Shown here: one piece after another, positions 1-13,506 of the stretch
Numbering within the stretch: position 1 is the first letter of the stretch
Layout of the letters: each line of letters opens with the position of its first letter
Source: Callorhinchus milii
Lineage: Eukaryota
Direction of reading: 5' to 3'
Assembly (NCBI RefSeq): GCF_018977255.1
Contig: NW_024704742.1
Span: 127,846,001 to 127,906,000, forward strand
Length of the DNA stretch: 60,000 nucleotides
The notes under the pieces: model-generated
What the model saw: the letters and a program-made list of their open reading frames with translations, nothing else
Databases searched by the model: none
Told to the model about the DNA's origin: nothing
Position numbers and translations under genes: made by a program

Positions 1-620
1 TCAGGCTGCCAAAACCCTCACTCATGCATTCAGCACCTCCAGGCTTGATTACGGGAACACCCTCCTCATCAGCCTTCCCAACTCTTCCCTTCACAAACTG
101 CAGATCATCCAAAACTCTGCAGCTCATGTGCTCTCACGCACCAGGCTCCGCAAACCCATCACTCCCACCCTCGCCCGACTCCACTGGCTCCCCATTCCCC
201 AGAGGATCGAGTTCAAGATCCTCGTCCTCACCTTTAAGGCCATCCACTGCCTTGCCCCCTCCTACTTCTCTGATCTGCTGACTCCATACCAAACTGCCCG
301 TTCCCTCCGTTCATCAGGCTCCGGCCTGCTCCATGTCTCCCGCCCGACCCGCCCTACCATCGGTGCCCGGACTTTCAGCCGCTCTGCCCCCACACTCTGG
401 AACTCCATCCCACGGTCTCTTCGCCTCACTTCCTCCCTTGCCTCCTTCAAGGCCGGTCTCAAGACCCTTCTCTTCGATCGTGCCTTTGGTCTCCTTCCCA
501 CCTCTCTGCCTTCCCTCACTCCTACACCACCCCTCCCCCATGCTTGGGCCCCGACACCTGACTGTTCAGCGCTTTGGGACATCCTCACGATGTGAAAGGT
601 GCTCTACAAATACAAGATAA
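1..620 (+). mobile_element. L2-clade LINE, 3' end of ORF2 plus 3'UTR and tail (5' part outside window)
   Basis: Frame open from 2 to 595: HAFSTSRLDYGN...LQIIQNSAA...LHWLPIPQRIEFKILVLTFKA...APTLWNSIP...FKAGLKTLLF, typical of the L2 ORF2 C-terminus; ends in stem-loop AGCGCTTTGGGACATC...GATGTGAAAGGTGCT. Confidence 0.93.
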
Positions 621-801
621 CAACAAGATTCCATTTATAAAGCGCCTTTCACGTCAGGAGGACGTCCCAAGGCGCTGCACAGTTGGGTCAGGACCCGAGC
701 AGGGGGAAATGGTCAGGGTGAGGGGAGGGAAGGGAGGGAGCGAGGAGGGGGGAAATGGTCAGGGTGAGGGGAGGGAAGGGAGGGAGCGAGGAGGGGAAAT
801 G
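620..801 (-). mobile_element. Young L2 3' stub, tail-to-tail with the previous L2; internal ~46-bp tandem duplication
   Basis: AACAACAAGATTCCATTTATAAAGCGCCTTTCACGTCAGGAGGACGTCCCAAGGCGCT is the reverse L2 tail; nearly identical to 29980-30150. Confidence 0.88.
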
Positions 802-2139
802 TAATTTTGTTCATGTTGTAACATGTTTGGGGGGGGGGGTGCATAAAATCCCAACCAGTGTTATAAGGTGGAGGGGTCACTGGTTGGAGCTTCTGCATCC
901 CCTGCAGAAAGCTGACTGGCTTCCCGACAAGATAGGGCCCGTTACCATAATATATGCTAATAATACCAGCTCTCAAATGGAAGCTTGTTAGGTTCTGTCC
1001 CAGAGCGCTTATAAACAAAAATAAAGACAACAGACTCTGAGACCCTATCCTGCATGAAGGGTGCTCTATAAATGCAAGTTGTTGCTATGATGTTATTTTA
1101 ATGGCTGGCATGGTGAAGATAAATTTTTGCCATTTTTTAAAAATTATAGTTTGTTTACTTTGAAGAAAAATGTTCTCGTCCCCCTGACTCCATTGTCCTC
1201 CACGGTCCTCCTACAATCTGTGGGCACTGATATCTTCCCATAATTTTATGAACTGTTTAACTAAACCCTGAAAAATGCATCTTGCTTGTTGGCAACAGTC
1301 TCCCCCACACCCCCCACACACACACTTATGAGAGAAACAGGTGTACCTGGAGTTTATGCCAGTGTTACAACAATCCTGTGTTGAACCTTATTAAAGCTGA
1401 AAGGTTAACAAAAGCCAGCTTCATTCACGTCAATTAAGCAATGCAACGCATGGGAAAAAACATTCAGTTACTAACTTCATTAAGTATTGTTTCGGTAAAA
1501 CGGTAATGATTATCCCTCCCCTCCTCCCCCACCACCTTTACAATAGCACATGAAAGTGGTAACTTGCATCTTACTAACAGCATGTGGCAGTTATAATAAA
1601 GAAATTAAACTCTAATAACTAAAAGCAGATTCACTTCAAATAGAAATGCAAGGAAATACAAAGCATTTGTCAATATTAAACATGATACTGTAGAAGATTT
1701 ATTATAATATTGTATGTTAGACTCTATGTATCCCGCACATTAAATCAATGTTTCTGCATGACTAAGAATGTTCCGAATGCTTAAAAGACTGTGGCTGACT
1801 ATTGTGGAAGGGGAAGGATGTTGGATCTCTTTGGGGCAGAGCAGTGTTTGAAGTAACCTCGTGTTTGATTTTCGGAATTAGGAGTGATTTCAATAAGGTA
1901 AATAGAGAGGAATTACATACACTCATCTCTCAGTCAACAGAGTAGAAATTTAACATTTAACAGACCGTTAACGAAACCAAAGACAGAGGTAGGGAGTTAT
2001 AAAGAGTGAAAAGACAAGGAAACAAGTCATTTGGCCCAACTAGTCTGTGCCGGTGTTTTATATTCCACAGGAGCTCCCACCCCTCCTATTCCCCAACTCT
2101 ATAGCACTTAAGTCCCTTCTCTCTCATGTTTGCATCAAT

Positions 2140-2370
2140 TATTTTAATGCAATTGGGTAATGGAACCTGGATGCTCTGCCAAATATAATGGTTGAAGCAG
2201 AGTCCGTAAGAGCTTCTAAAAGGGAATTAGACAAATATTTGAAAAAGATAATCATGAAAGATTATGGGGAAAGGAAAGAGGGCTGGAACTAAATGGGTAG
2301 CTCTTTCAGAGAGCTGGCATGGGTATGATGGACTGAATGGCCTCCTTCTGTGCTGTAATATTCTTTGATA
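2140..2370 (+). mobile_element. CR1 LINE 3' fragment
   Basis: Ends ATGGACTGAATGGCCTCCTTCTGTGCTGTAA, as in the CR1 copy ending at ~10300. Confidence 0.75.
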
Positions 2371-2744
2371 CGATATTCCCCATATACTGGCTTACGAAAT
2401 AAAACAAATGATAAAATTGTGCTTCAAAGGGTTTGAAGGGTGGTTCAATGGACCACTGTCTTCTCCTGTCTAAAAACTGTTACTACAGCTCAAGGTTACT
2501 ATGAAGGCTAATGACTGACGACAAAAAGCTGTCTTCAGGACTACTGTCCAGAGGAGAACAGATGTCAAGATCAATAGCTTTTGAATAAAATAGAGCAAGC
2601 TGTTTAAATCAATTGAGAACAAATAATCAGGAGCTTTACATGCCAAAAGCTTGCTAAGCAAATGTTCAAATTACATCTTTTGTGGCATTCATTAAAACCT
2701 AAATGTTGACAGAATCACAGAAGTCTCAAACATGTAGAGATACA

Positions 2745-3040
2745 ACACCAACCCGCATTTATATACATTCATGTAGGGTAACATCTCAGAATGTTTTACA
2801 AATATAGGGTCAGACACCAAACAGGGGAAAGGAGAAGGGGGGAGAGGGGCAGGTAACCAAACATACAGTTGAAGAGCTAGGTTTTAAGGCAGAACATCAA
2901 GACAGATAGAGATGGGGTGAAAAAGGAGGGGGGATAGAAGGAGGGAGTTCCTGAGGTTAGGGGCCTAGAATCTGAAAGCTCGGCCACTGATGGTGAGGTG
3001 GAGATGGCAGGGTATCCGCAGAAGAGTAGGGCAGGAGAAG
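2745..3040 (-). mobile_element. Old L2 3' fragment
   Basis: ACAACACCAACCCGCATTTATATAC tail followed by purine-rich decayed L2 antisense (GAGTTCC...CTGAAAGCTCGGCCACTGATGG). Confidence 0.65.
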
Positions 3041-3469
3041 ATCATTAATGATCACAGTCTTCTTTGTGGACAGCTAGCGAACGATCCTGTGGGTTTGAAT
3101 TGAAACTAAAAGTTTAATTTGCAAAACGTTAAACGGAAAAAATGATGGAACCTCGCAGTTTACCAATGCAAAGCACCGGCATGTTTTCAGCAACATATTG
3201 TGCTTGGTTGACAGGGTTGAGGACATGATTGTACTTCCAAGTCTCACAAATGGGCCAGAGCAAATAAGCTGGATGGCCTGGGAGTAGAATGGGGTTTTCC
3301 TTGTGCGAGGGAGAGGTGCTAGGTTCGAAGGTGTTCAAGCAACATCTGGCAGAAAACCGTGAGTCCTTGCTAGGCTTCACCGGCTCCCTATTGCAGAATG
3401 GATTGATTTCAAGATTGTCACACGGACGTACAAATCATATCATGTCATTCATGCGCTGCTTACATGCAT

Positions 3470-3765
3470 TCCTCTACCTGTTATCTTTGCTTAGTTGGCT
3501 CTGGCCTTCTGCATATCACTCACTCCCTCCACTCACCATCAGCGGCTGTGCTTTCAGCCACTACACCCCGAGACTCTGGAACTCTGTCTCAATCCCTTGC
3601 CCCTCCTTATCAATCTTCAGATTACACCTGAAGACCTTCCTCTTCCACTGTGCCTATGGTCACCTTCCCCCTCTCCCGAGCTCAGCATCAAGCTTTACTA
3701 CTGTTAAGCGCTCTGAGATGCTACCCTGAGTGAAAGATACTATATGAATGTAAGCTGTTGTTGTG
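3470..3765 (+). mobile_element. Old L2 3' fragment
   Basis: Encodes ISGCAFSHYTPRLWNS...FRLHLKTFLFHCAY (L2 ORF2 end); tail AATGTAAGCTGTTGTTG. Confidence 0.8.
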
Positions 3766-5548
3766 TTTTATTGAGACCATGGCAACAACATGCAATATCC
3801 TTCAAGTAGGATAACATCTCAGAGTGCTTCACAGTGGTGGAGCTGGAGAGCGAACAAGGAAGAAGGGGGAGGCAACCACAGGAATATTTGAAGAAGTATG
3901 TTTTAAAGTGAGATTTAAAGATAGGTAGAGAGAGAGGTACTTTCAGAGGTTAGGGACATCACGATTGACCGCCGATGGTGATGTGGAGGACATATGTGGA
4001 AGATTAATGGCAGAATCTGGCTTTGTGAACTTCGTGTTCATGAAAGCACTTAAGGAATTTGCTTACAAAACAAAGTCCTGCTCATCAGGCAGAGAAACAG
4101 GGGTTTTCTGTACAATCTCAGGTCACTGCACAGTCTACGCAAATGCAGCGTGGTGGAAAATCTCAACGTTCCTGTGATGGATGGTACCTCGACTCACTTC
4201 GTTCACAGAGGATGTCACGGTGAGGTACAAGCTCGAGCCCCCAAGTAGCGTAGTGTAAAGCTATCACCTGCAGCGTAGCCCAGGGGTGAGATCAGTAGCA
4301 GTTGAGGCAACTGACTTGGAACAAAGAGCAAGTTCTGTGTACTCTTTCTGAATGAAATCCCACATCCTGACTTTGAAAATAAAGAAAGCTCTCTTAGGAT
4401 AACAACAAAAACAACTTGCATTTATACAGCATCCCAGAGCACTATCCCAGAGGACAGTAAGAGCAATACTATTAACCCAAACGAAAGACGTTTACTATTG
4501 CAAACTGTGGGTTACTCATGCACACTCACACAGACATAGACACCACACATGAGTGGTTTCCCTAGGTCACCATCACATTACAATACAATTTGCATTTATA
4601 AAGTGCCTTTCGTGTTGGGAAGACATCGCAAAACCCTTTACACAGCTGGCAGGGTGCTATATCCTCCAATGACTGGAGCAAGGTTTAAATATACTTGCTA
4701 GATAGATATCCTCTCTTAATCTCTTAATCCAATATTAATGGATTAAGAGGCAGTTTTTTTTGTTGGCTTCATTTAATTTTTCCTCCTTTGCCTTTTCTCT
4801 TTTAAGTGTTCTTGGCTCTTGCTCTCATGGCTTTTCACTCCTTTCACTGCTGAAACATGGTCCACAATAAACTCCACGATTACATCCGTAAAACACCATC
4901 CACAATAAACTCCATAACCACATTTGTAAAACGCAACCATGGTTGGACTTCACCTTTTTTGTAACATATCCTTGATTTAAAAAAAAACACTGTATGTGCG
5001 ACATTGCTTTACGCATATGGCTGCAGTGTTTCGTCCCACAAAATACACAGTCGCTGCACTTTGAGACGTCTCAATGACATGATAAGGTGCTAAATCAAAT
5101 GCGAGGATTATTATTATTATTTCAGGATCAGGGAAACACACCATGGACCATTCTTTGTTAGTGGGTTGCTGTTGACCGCAATGTAGAATATGGGCACTGC
5201 TGGCTTTAAACTGCTGGGATAATTCCAAATGGTGATGGGGAGGGGAAAAGAGGGGTACAATTACTCTGTTGCTCACATGAAATGACTGTGAAGCAGGTTA
5301 CATAAATCCAATTCTAAATCATAGTCTGCTTTGTCAATTGGGAAATAACTGAAGGTGAAGATCTACAACTGAAGCCCTGAATAGATTTGAGCACCTCTAA
5401 CTGTTACTAGAAGTAGAGTAAGCCATTAAGCACTTCGGAGAAACAGGAGCTATGTTTTCCTTTATTTACAGACAGATCACAGAAGTGCTTACCTTCTTGT
5501 TTCTACATAGAAGCGTGCTGTTCAAACGTGAATGACTGTAACCACTAT

Positions 5549-5916
5549 ATAATAATCCTTGCATTTGATATAGCGCCTTATCTCCTTTTCGAGACGTCTC
5601 AAAGCGCTTCACAGAATGCACTGTAAAGTGAATTGACTGTATATTTTGTGGGCAAAACGCAGTAGCCAATTGCACACAGCATTGTTCCACAAACAGTTGT
5701 GGATTGAAGTGAACAAATTTTTTTTGAAGGAATTATTACCCACGAAAAAGCGATCTGCCAATCGACTAATCTAACAACCGAGTTCCAACTTACGGCTAGG
5801 TAAACAGAGGCGTGTGGAGTAAGGAAACTTGCCCAACATTTCACCCTACCGGGAATCGAACCCAGATATCTCAATTGCGAGCTGAGTGCTCTAACTACTG
5901 AGCTACAGGACTCCAC
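5549..5916 (-). mobile_element. tRNA-derived SINE family A, long form
   Basis: Reverse head GTGGAGTCCTGTAGCTCAGTAGTTAGAGC...GGTTCGATTCC (A and B boxes), Deu-like body, L2-type stem-loop and (ATT)n tail. Confidence 0.92.
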
Positions 5917-6934
5917 TTAAGTGAGCTTTGGAGCACGCAACAACAACAACAACTTGCATTTATATAGCACTCTTCATGCGGGGTAGTGTCTCGGAGGCTT
6001 TAGGCAACACCCTACTGTTCAGACTAAATGTGAAAGATGAATAGCTATAGATGAGGAAATTGAAGTAATAAATTCACATCAAAAAGTACAACATAATATG
6101 ACATAAATTGAAGTTCCATTACATTCAATCTGCAACTGAAAAAGACAATGTTACAGATTACACAAGCTGTTCTATTCAATCTATATTTGAGATTAAAATG
6201 TAGCAATGCCAGAACCGGAAATTGCCGCAATAATTGTGATCTCCAGGTTACTCCAGTCAAATTGCAGGATGTGCTAACAAATTTGCTAAATAAACGGCAA
6301 AAAAGTTTTGCAGACAGTGTTTTCTTTCTGTTGGGACTTTTCTCGGCTGAGAAGATGTCCGAGATCAAACTCTTGGCTTCAAATGAGACTTTGGGGTTTT
6401 TGACACTGCAGCGCTGATTATACTGGAGCATCAACAGAATTGGTGAAAAAAATGAACATTCTCCTCAAACCCAGACACAACACACACAAAAGTGCCCACA
6501 TCAGAAGATACGGTTTGCTGCCCATTACAAAATGTCTTCCCCAAGAGTCGCTCATGCACCCATTCAAGTTCTGCGTCAGAGCGAAAAGAAGCCACCAAAA
6601 GCTTAGATAACCACACAGCAACCGAACAAATACTTCACAGCAATCCATGCACCAATAAGGTTGGCTACGGATTTGAGAATGGAGGCAGAAAAGCTCTGAA
6701 AACTAAGAGTGGTTAAACCGAGAGGAGATTACCTTCAAACAAGACCAGACTTCATCAAGCGAGCTGAGTCAAACACTGCGCACTAATTTCAGTACTTAAG
6801 ACTAATTAAGATAAACCGCACAGTTCAGCCTGTGAACATTGATTACAGTAGCCCATTTCCGCTGTTGTATCTACTCTGCTGTAAGAAATGACTCAATGCT
6901 GAATGTTGCCCATAATATTTTATGCCAGGAGGGG

Positions 6935-7105
6935 TCCCTCCAGGGGGAGAGAGCGCATTCCATTCCAACAATCTTTCTCTGGTATTTCCATGTGTAGGTG
7001 GGAAGCATGGAAGTCTCAGTTTGGTTTGGGTAATCTTAAGCATACTGATAGGTTTCTGCATGTGTCAAGACACCTGGCTGACTTTAAAAAACAATTGTCA
7101 GTGTA
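6935..7105 (+). repeat. Unclassified interspersed repeat, copy 1
   Basis: Aligns by eye to the reverse complement of 59655-59830, including exact CATGTGTAGGTGGG. Confidence 0.75.
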
Positions 7106-7884
7106 CTGTATACAGTTATTAAGGTTGCAAGCCAGGCAGCCCAATGGTGTCATAGATAGAGCTGCAACTTATGGAGCAGGAACTCCCTGGTTTGAATCCC
7201 CAGTTGTGCTGAATTTGCTCGTCTGAGCTGAGGCCACAGAGGCCAAATTGTCCACCCTAGCATTTTTCCAGCTTCTAATCCCTCTGTATTTGTAGTGTGT
7301 GCATATGGAGCATTTACATGAGCCCAGGTCAAGCTTGGCTGTGATGCTCTTCGCAGTTGAGTGTCCTGCTGATATGAACAGTGACCAACCTGGTGGATTA
7401 GCATAAGGCAACTGGCAGCTGCGGAACTGCACCCCTATCAACAACAACAACGTGCATTTATATAGCACCCTTCAAGGGCATGCTGGGGACATGTCAATGA
7501 GGAGAAAATTGGAAAATAATTGGGCACAGCAAATCCTAAGAAAAAAAAGTTTGCAAGCTTAAATTTACATCCTGAATAAATCGTTGCAAACATCTCACAG
7601 TGTTTTCCAACTATAACAGTGGGCTCTGAACTTTCATCTGGCAAAAAGGAATCTAACAACCACAAACACTGGCGTATGCAGCTAACCACAATTTTATATG
7701 GCAAAATGTTATGGTTCCACAATGCAGTCAGTGAGTTACTTAACATGACTCAGGTTTGCCTGTCTAATGCTTGATGGACCAGACTCAAGGATTATCTGCC
7801 AACCTTAACCACCACCTCCTAAATCCTCACAGAATTAGTCCTCATAAAATGTCAAACAACTTAGTAATAAGTAGTTGAATTGCA

Positions 7885-8088
7885 GGTCCCCAATGGCTCA
7901 GAGGTTTTGTCCGTCAACAGTTGAGTCATACAGATCGAGGGAAGTCCCAGGTTCCATGCCCGCATTGAGTTAGTTAACTGATCCCATCCGTGCTTACAAT
8001 AGATGTGCCAATTGGCCCCAGGTTAGGGACAGGAAAATGTAGCTATGGTTTAGCTCCTGATTGACATATAACAACCTCGCTGGAGGGC
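7885..8088 (+). mobile_element. Ancient tRNA-derived SINE (family C), decayed; related copy ~7135-7380
   Basis: TGGCTCAG A-box-like and GGTTCCATGCC B-box-like motifs, then GAGTTAG...CAATTGGCCCC...CTCCTGAT. Confidence 0.5.
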
Positions 8089-8089
8089 A

Positions 8090-8420
8090 TATAATAATTC
8101 CAATAATTCTTGCATTTGATATAGGGCCATATCATGTTGCCAAAACATCCCACAGCACTTCACAGGATTTTACTGTAAAGTGAAGTGACTATGTTATTTG
8201 TAGCTGAATGCAGCGGCCAATTTGTGCACAGCAATGTCCCACAAACAGCCATTAAGTGAATGGTCAGTTCTATCTGGGGAATTTGACAAACTCTCTTCTC
8301 TTTTCAAATAGTGCCATGGGATCTTCAACATCTACCCGAACAGGGTTTAATTTCTTAGCCGAATGACAGCAGTTCCAACACTGCAAAGCACTCTCAGCAC
8401 TCCATCGGGGCATCATGAGA
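8090..8420 (-). mobile_element. SacSINE1/DeuSINE-like SINE (family B), 5'-truncated
   Basis: Reverse of AAGATCCCATGGCACTATTTGAAAAGAAGAG...GGCTGTTTGTGGGACATTGCTGTGCACAAATTGG with (ATT)n tail. Confidence 0.8.
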
Positions 8421-9870
8421 TCTTTAACATTTCCCAGATTTGAACAGGCATCTGGTGCACCTATGATGTCTCCCCCCATACTTTCCCTTCCGACCGACCT
8501 GGTCAAATAACCTGCTAACAACTCACTGCAAAGGTTCACACATAAATAATGGCCTCTTTAGCAAAGGGTGACTGGCACCTTCGGAACATTATACCTCAGT
8601 GCAAAAAAAAAGGGCTAAATAATGGATACTGTATATTTTTAAATTGTGTGGGAGATGAATTTAAACACACTTGAAAGTTTCTTCTTAGAATAATGATCGT
8701 TTCACACCCAGATTTCTTCATTCAGCAAACGCAAGGTTTAAAAAGCTTTGATTGCTTGTCGCCAAGCTTTTAACCGCTTGTTACTAGTAAATGAAAGGTC
8801 TTGCACATCATTGCTACAAATGCCAGGAACTGAAACAGATCAATGGGAGTTGAGGTGAGTGTGTACCATTCCTTTCAGAACAGACAAAATAGACGTCTGT
8901 GAGAATCAATAGAATCTTAAGAGTTTAATAAGCATATGCACAGAGAGCTTTAAAAGAGAAAAAGGACCACAATTCCACCTAGATTTAGCCTGTAAGATTA
9001 TTCTGTCTTAAACCTTAAGGTTGAGTCTTAAGATTTTGATTGGTGGAGAATTATGCAAAATTCTTCAGTTCACTCTTAATTTGGAAGTCGGTCCTTCTTA
9101 AGGACTGCGGAAATGTGGCTTCCAAGTTAACAATGAATTTAAGAATTTTTCCTCAATTCTGGAAGATTTGTTAATTTTAAGCCAAAATGGCCTATTTCAC
9201 GAGGTGAAATTTCAGGCCTCATCAGATGGTTAGACGTTTAAAGTGAGAACTATAATAATAACAATCCATGAATTTGATGCAGCACCTTACCATACCATCA
9301 AAATGTCTCAAAGCCCTTCACGGGATTTACTTTGAAGTGTAGTGACTGTGTCTTTGTAGATGATCTAACACAATGTTTTCCCTCATTCCTGCTGTGTACA
9401 TCTGTTTAGCTTTAGTTTCTGGTGTTTGTGTATTTTTATACCGGGCGACGTGACTGTATCACTGACTCAGCAGGTCCTTGCTCACTCTTTGCGGTATCAA
9501 GTTAGACGAAAGGTTGAATATAACAGGGAGTCTTTCAGAGTCAGACAGAGCTGAGGCATGTTTGCAAGATGAGTGAGAACGTGTGGCTACATTTCCCTCA
9601 GCCACTCAGGCAGCAAAACTAGAAACGTATTCACCTTCAAAGCATTTTTACAAGAAAACACAAACAAGGTGCAATGTAACTAGAACCGTAGAAATTTACA
9701 GCAGTGAAGGTTGTTTGGACTATCGTGTCTGTGCTGCTCCCTCAAGAGCAAGTAACATCCATTTTTGTGCAAATTCACATTATAACAATTCCTTCATGTT
9801 AAACAACAACTCAATAATGCAGCCAAGATAAACTCACATTCTCTCATAAGATCAGAAGAAAATTTCCTCT

Positions 9871-10300
9871 ATGGTACCAGGAATGAGAGACTTGAGTTAT
9901 GTGGAGAGACTAGAGAAGCTCGGATTTTTCTCCTTGGAGCAGAGACGGTTAAGGGGAGATTTAATAGAGATGTTCAACATTATCAGGGGATTCGACAGAG
10001 TGAACAGGGAGAAACTGTTTCCGCTGGCGGGTGGGTCGGTAACCTGAGGACGGAGATTTAAGATAGTTGTCAAACGAAAACAGCGAGTTGCTTGGATCTG
10101 GAATGCACAGCCTGAAAGGGTGATGGAAACAGATTATCTTTCAAGAGAGAAGTGGTTAGATATTTGGGGAGGACAAATCTGAAAAGGCTATGAAAAGAGA
10201 GGGGTAAGTGGGATTAATTTTGACACCTCTTTCAAGAGCCGGCACAGGCACGATGGGTCGAATGGCCTCCTTCTGTGCTGTATAATTCTAAGATTCTATG
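9871..10300 (+). mobile_element. CR1 LINE 3' fragment
   Basis: Encodes YVERLEKLGFFSLEQRRLRGDLIEMFNI (CR1 ORF2 C-terminus); 3' end ATGGCCTCCTTCTGTGCTGTATAATTCTAAGATTCTA. Confidence 0.88.
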
Positions 10301-10688
10301 TGCAATCTGATGACCACTGGAGCCACTCCTCCCCCATTAATATCTGCAGTACAAATCTGTCCCTCAGTTCGTGCTGGTATTTACTATCAAATGTACTGAA
10401 GTGCTCAGAGCATCCTGGCTTTATGTTGAGTTCACTGAATGCTGGCAATGGGGTTCAAGAAACAACATAGGAAAAGAGGCAGTGGAGACAGCAACTGGCG
10501 AAGAAAAGGCACCTTGGGAGGGAAAGTATATCTTCTCCAGGGATCATCACTCTGGATTGCAAGAGCTTAGCTAAACCTGACATTTTTTTTAAAAAAGGCT
10601 CCATTTACATTGCAGTTTTACCAAAAAAAGACTCAATCCCCAAGAGTCTTTTCTGTCTTCTCCTTGGTCCCCAAAATAAAAGTTACCA

Positions 10689-10995
10689 GTGGAATCCTGT
10701 AGCTCAGTGGTTAGAGCACTCACCTTGCAAGTGAGAGACCTGGGTTCAATTCCAGACAGGGCAAAACCTTGGTCAAGTTTCCTTACTCCACACACCCAAT
10801 AATAATCCCTCCAAAACAAAACAATAATAAGTTGGTCATTTTCAATCCATGACTGCTGTGCGCAATTAGCTGCTGCATTTTGCCCACAAATATACGGTCA
10901 ATTCACTTTACAGTCTATTCTGTAAAGCGCTTTGAGACGTCTAGAAGACGTGAAAAGCGCTATATCAAATGCAAGACTTATTATTATTATTATTA
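10689..10995 (+). mobile_element. SINE family A, short form
   Basis: tRNA-Ala-like head, body, stem-loop GACGTCTAGAAGACGT, (TTA)n tail. Confidence 0.92.
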
Positions 10996-12876
10996 CCCAG
11001 TCCCATCTCTCAAACGTACTTGAAGGAATACCACTACAAAGAAAATGTCTTGAGTGCTCAGGTTCGATGCATTGTAGTGGTAATGTGGACCAGCAGAAAA
11101 CTGATGGCCTACGATAAATTCTAATTTATCAAACACCATGATCATTACTAATCCATAAATAAATTAGTCAGTGTTTGTCTTAAATAGGAGTTTACTGGCA
11201 CAGTATTTTGATAAGATACTTTTTATGGACTGTTTACTTTAACATTATTCTCTAGTTGTTTAATCCCTGCTCAGGGTAGATTTCAGATGAGAACCAAATC
11301 ACCTCAGAGAAACACAAGACACAATAAGGAGCAGAGAGGAGCTTTCACATTCGTTAAAATCTTCATTAACAGTTTGAACAAATTTCTACAAATGTAAAGT
11401 TGTATATTAACTTTTTTAAAAACTAAATGGAAAAGCATGCTTGTTGCAAAACTGGAAATATAAACTATGGCAATTGTAGAATTAGTTCTATTGCTTTCTT
11501 GCTCTGCCACCAAGACAGCATTGACTCTTCCTGGCCCAAACAAAATAATGTTTTGAATTCAGCAGCTGCTCCCTCACTTTACCATCCCTTCCAGACCCAC
11601 GTGCCTGAGACGCTGCCCTGCATAAAGGGCACTATATAATTATAATTCTCCCTCCCATGCTCTCTGCCCTTCTATCTCTAGCCCACTCACTGCTCATGCC
11701 TCATTCCCTCAGTCCTACCGTCAGTAGCCATGGCTTCAGCAGCTAATGCCCCACTCTGTGGAACTCACAAGGTCCCGTTGCTTGGTTCCTTCTCTCATAA
11801 GTCTTCAAAACCCTCTTAAAAGCTCTTTGATCATGTTTTCTCAACACTCAGCAAAGAGGAGAGGAGAAAGAAGAGTGAAATACTGAGATGTTTTTAATAC
11901 CTATCTCTTCAACCGTTCTTTTGGCTCCCTCCCCCACCCCCCCCTTTTAGGCTACCAATCAGCGGTGTAAAGCGCTCTGAGACATTCTCCTGACTTCAAA
12001 GGCGCTGCATTGATATAAATTGAGGTTGCTGTTCAACCTATTAGAAACATAACATAAGTGCACTTTGGTATTATTGCTGAGAGTAAAATGTGCATCGACC
12101 CTAACTCCATTCCTGGTGCTAATGAACACAAGGAACAGTTTAAGAACATTGCAAACGTACACCACTGTATCACATGCTTAAGTATTCCATTTCAGACCGT
12201 GGGAAAAGTTAACAAAATCATCACCGTGTTCTAGAAATTAAAATGAGAAGCTCACTTGGTAACCACAATACAGGTACTGCATTCACTCTGCCCGCACATT
12301 GAAAGGAAGCATCATTTTGTGGCCATGACCTTAAAAAAATTACCCTTACCTGCAGCATGGCCATGAATTGCTTTTGCTCGAGCAGAAAAAATCATCCGCA
12401 AAAGCATTGCCATCACTGTCTCATGGAAATGCTAACAACCTTTCATGGCTGCATTGTGTGAAAATTCATCAGTGGCATCCCCTACTGTAGCTATTTACTT
12501 TGGCTTTTAGCTTGTAGCTTGAAATGGGTTACGCACATCAATGCAAGTTTGCACAATGCTGTGGTTTTAGCAGTTGACATGCACAATATCACTGTATTTG
12601 ACAAACCATCACTGTCAAGGACAGCAAAGTGCTTTTCAGGGCAGATGCTTTCTTAAAGAATAAAACCTCCTCAATTGAATTGAAACAATAAAGAGAACTT
12701 GAGCTTTTCTGATACCAGGAATAATAAATGCTTCATTATGTTTTCAGTGAAAGCTCATTATTAATTCAAATCAAAGGAAGCGGGAATAGTTAGACTGTCT
12801 CGTTCCAGCAGAATGTTCTCTCTTTGGATTAAACCAGGTCAGAAATGCTGGTGCTGATTGACAAGCAAACCTTTCT

Positions 12877-13161
12877 TAATAATAATAATCCTTGCATTTG
12901 ATATAGCGCTTTTCATGTTTTCTAGACGTCTCAAAAGCGCTTCACAGAATATATGAACGCGGCAGCCAATTGTGCACAACTGCATCCCACAAGCAGTTGT
13001 GGATTGATTGATCAAATTATTGTTAGTATTTTTTTCTTGAGGGATTATTATCAGACATGTGGAGTAAGGAAACTTGCCCAAGGTTTCATCCTGCTGGGAA
13101 TCAAACCCAGGTCACTCACTTGGGAGGCGAGTGCTCTAACCACTGAGCTACAGGAGTCCAT
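12877..13161 (-). mobile_element. SINE family A, short form with internal deletion
   Basis: Reverse head and (ATT)n tail match the other copies. Confidence 0.9.
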
Positions 13162-13506
13162 GTCCACATCCTATGGACCTGAGATCAAACATGATCTTGA
13201 TAAATAATAACCCTGGCATTTGATAGGACGTCTTATCACGTCAAAGCACTTCACAAGGATTTACAAGACTACCATTCTAAAATTCCCAATGTGGAGCTTA
13301 AACATACAACCTTTTGACTCAGAAGCAAAAGTGCTACCAATAGAACCAGGCTGACACATGTTGAGTGCATGGAGAAGGTTGTCCAAACTTGGGAAATTCA
13401 GGATGAGTTGCCCAATGATTCCTAGCATTGAAACATCTCAAAGCCTTTCACAAGCAATTCTTGACTCTCACAAGCAATTCATCAAAAACTATCTGCCGCA
13501 GAGTGC

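Noticed and set aside
128..595. 155-aa ORF as a host gene
   Set aside because: It is the L2 ORF2 C-terminus; the 19239-19466 ORF is likewise CR1.
4721..4749. 11-bp hairpin CTCTTAATCCA/TGGATTAAGAG
   Set aside because: Short and AT-rich with no supporting context; not a credible ncRNA.
6045..6434. 129-aa and overlapping ORFs
   Set aside because: No recognisable domain or splice context; probably a decayed repeat.
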